DNA of 63,501 nucleotides, counting the filler, from Trichosphaerium sp. ATCC 40318 (lineage: Eukaryota > Protista > Tubulinea), in the NCBI GenBank assembly GCA_038496445.1. It is 2 parts of 2 records of this genome, joined end to end, with 100 filler letters (N's around TTAATTAATTAA, not from the genome) between each part and the next. Parts side by side here need not be neighbours in the genome. Positions count along the whole stretch, not along the records: positions 32,096 to 63,501 come from JALMLS010000592.1; 1 more part is not named here. One strand, given 5' to 3'. This document shows, one piece after another, positions 62,455 to 63,501 of the stretch. Both the position numbers and the translations under genes were made by a program. The notes below the pieces were generated by a model. It had not been told where the DNA came from, ran no database searches, and was given only the letters and a program-made list of their open reading frames with translations. Numbering within the stretch: the stretch's first letter is position 1; every line of letters begins with the position of its first letter.

Positions 62455-62846
62455 ATCAAAAAAAGTGCAAAAGGTGTTGAAAAAAAGATAAACAGAAAAT
62501 TACTACCAATTTCCTTGTACCCCAATTTAGTTCTAAAATATTTTCTACTTTTCCACCCATTGATTACACTACAAGAACAAAGTTCAACATCGTTTTTGAT
62601 TCACTGAAATTATCCACAAAGTTCCTATTCTTCCGTTTTAGTCTATTGATTCATGAATTGTATTTGAGCAGTGAGACCCTTCCAATTAGTTTCCCTGTTG
62701 CGTATTCTCGTTTACATCATAAAACAGTAACACCTCAACCTACACCTGACAGGTCAACTCGTTTAAAGAACAAGAAATCTTGCCTTATTTCCAAAATGTG
62801 TCCTTAACCAGACATTTTCTTCAACGAACACAAGGCATTTACCTCA

Positions 62847-63501
62847 ATGACCTATCATTCACGTTACACCACTACTGTTACAAAGGAATTAAAGAGAGAT
62901 CCATCGGCAGATCGTTTTAGAAACGAAACAAAGCTTCTTGGCTCAAACCCTTTTGAAAACGTGCGTTTAATACCTCAACGGCAAATCTGTGGGCTAAAGC
63001 CACGATTACTGCCACTACAATCCTATCCTACGCGGATGATGGAGAGCCACCTTGTTTCATCATGCTAAGTAAGACATTTAGATATTCATTCACCCTGTAC
63101 AAAGCAGTAAACACCTGCATGTTAATATGAGATCAAAAGACAAAAAGTCATACATTCATATCATAATCGACCTCAACAAATACCCAAGAGAGCACCCAAT
63201 AGTACTTGTTCCAAAGTGTTTCTTCACAACTAGTACAATAGGAGACCAAAACCTTGTTAAGTATTCTCAGAAACGCTTAAACGATACCTATGAATCAAAA
63301 GACATGTCACACTATCTACCAACAATTTATGAAAACGTGGAAGATCCAAACACAAGCATTTGCTTCAAGTCTGTATGTCAAGAGTTAACTAGTAATCTGT
63401 TTTATATAATTGTTTACAATGTATTTAGGATGTAGATTTTCGTTGTAAGACATGTGAACACTGCACAGAAACTCCATGTCCTCAGTTCAAAGACACTTTT
63501 G
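62847..63501 (+). CDS. Hypothetical protein, possibly UBC/UEV-like fold; probably partial
   Basis: IHIIIDLNKYPREHPIVLV and HYLPTIYEN...SICF loosely resemble the E2 YPxxPP and HPNI...ICL motifs. Confidence 0.35.

Overview
This is an AT-rich, gene-dense eukaryotic sequence, most likely from a free-living protist (inferred). It has many short spliceosomal introns (about 40-80 nt, GT...CTAAY/TTAAY...YAG), so the ORF track breaks most genes into pieces. I reconstructed about 22 genes by hand. They include a mitochondrial carrier, a Zn-repeat PARP-like ADP-ribosyltransferase, several F-box and F-box/LRR proteins, a TPR-SET protein, a PILS/AEC transporter, two GPI-type surface proteins, an Abitram/FAM206A-like protein, ATG3, a UFSP2-like C78 peptidase, a telobox Myb protein, a duplicated ubiquitin-like-domain gene, a GH28, a TPM-RING fusion, a sulfatase and a C2-formin. 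Three DNA transposons can be delimited by their ends. A hAT element (10006-14233, 8-bp TSD) has its transposase interrupted by a nested 1.9-kb non-autonomous TIR element with a 2-bp CA duplication. A 5-kb Mutator-like element (39867-44862) has a transposase with lesions at catalytic motifs that fit CpG deamination. The strongest unexplained signal is a window-wide excess of the palindrome CACGTG: at least 53 copies by manual count against about 6 expected from base composition. An artificial 100-bp scaffold linker lies at 31996-32095. All exon structures were inferred by eye and need RNA-seq confirmation.
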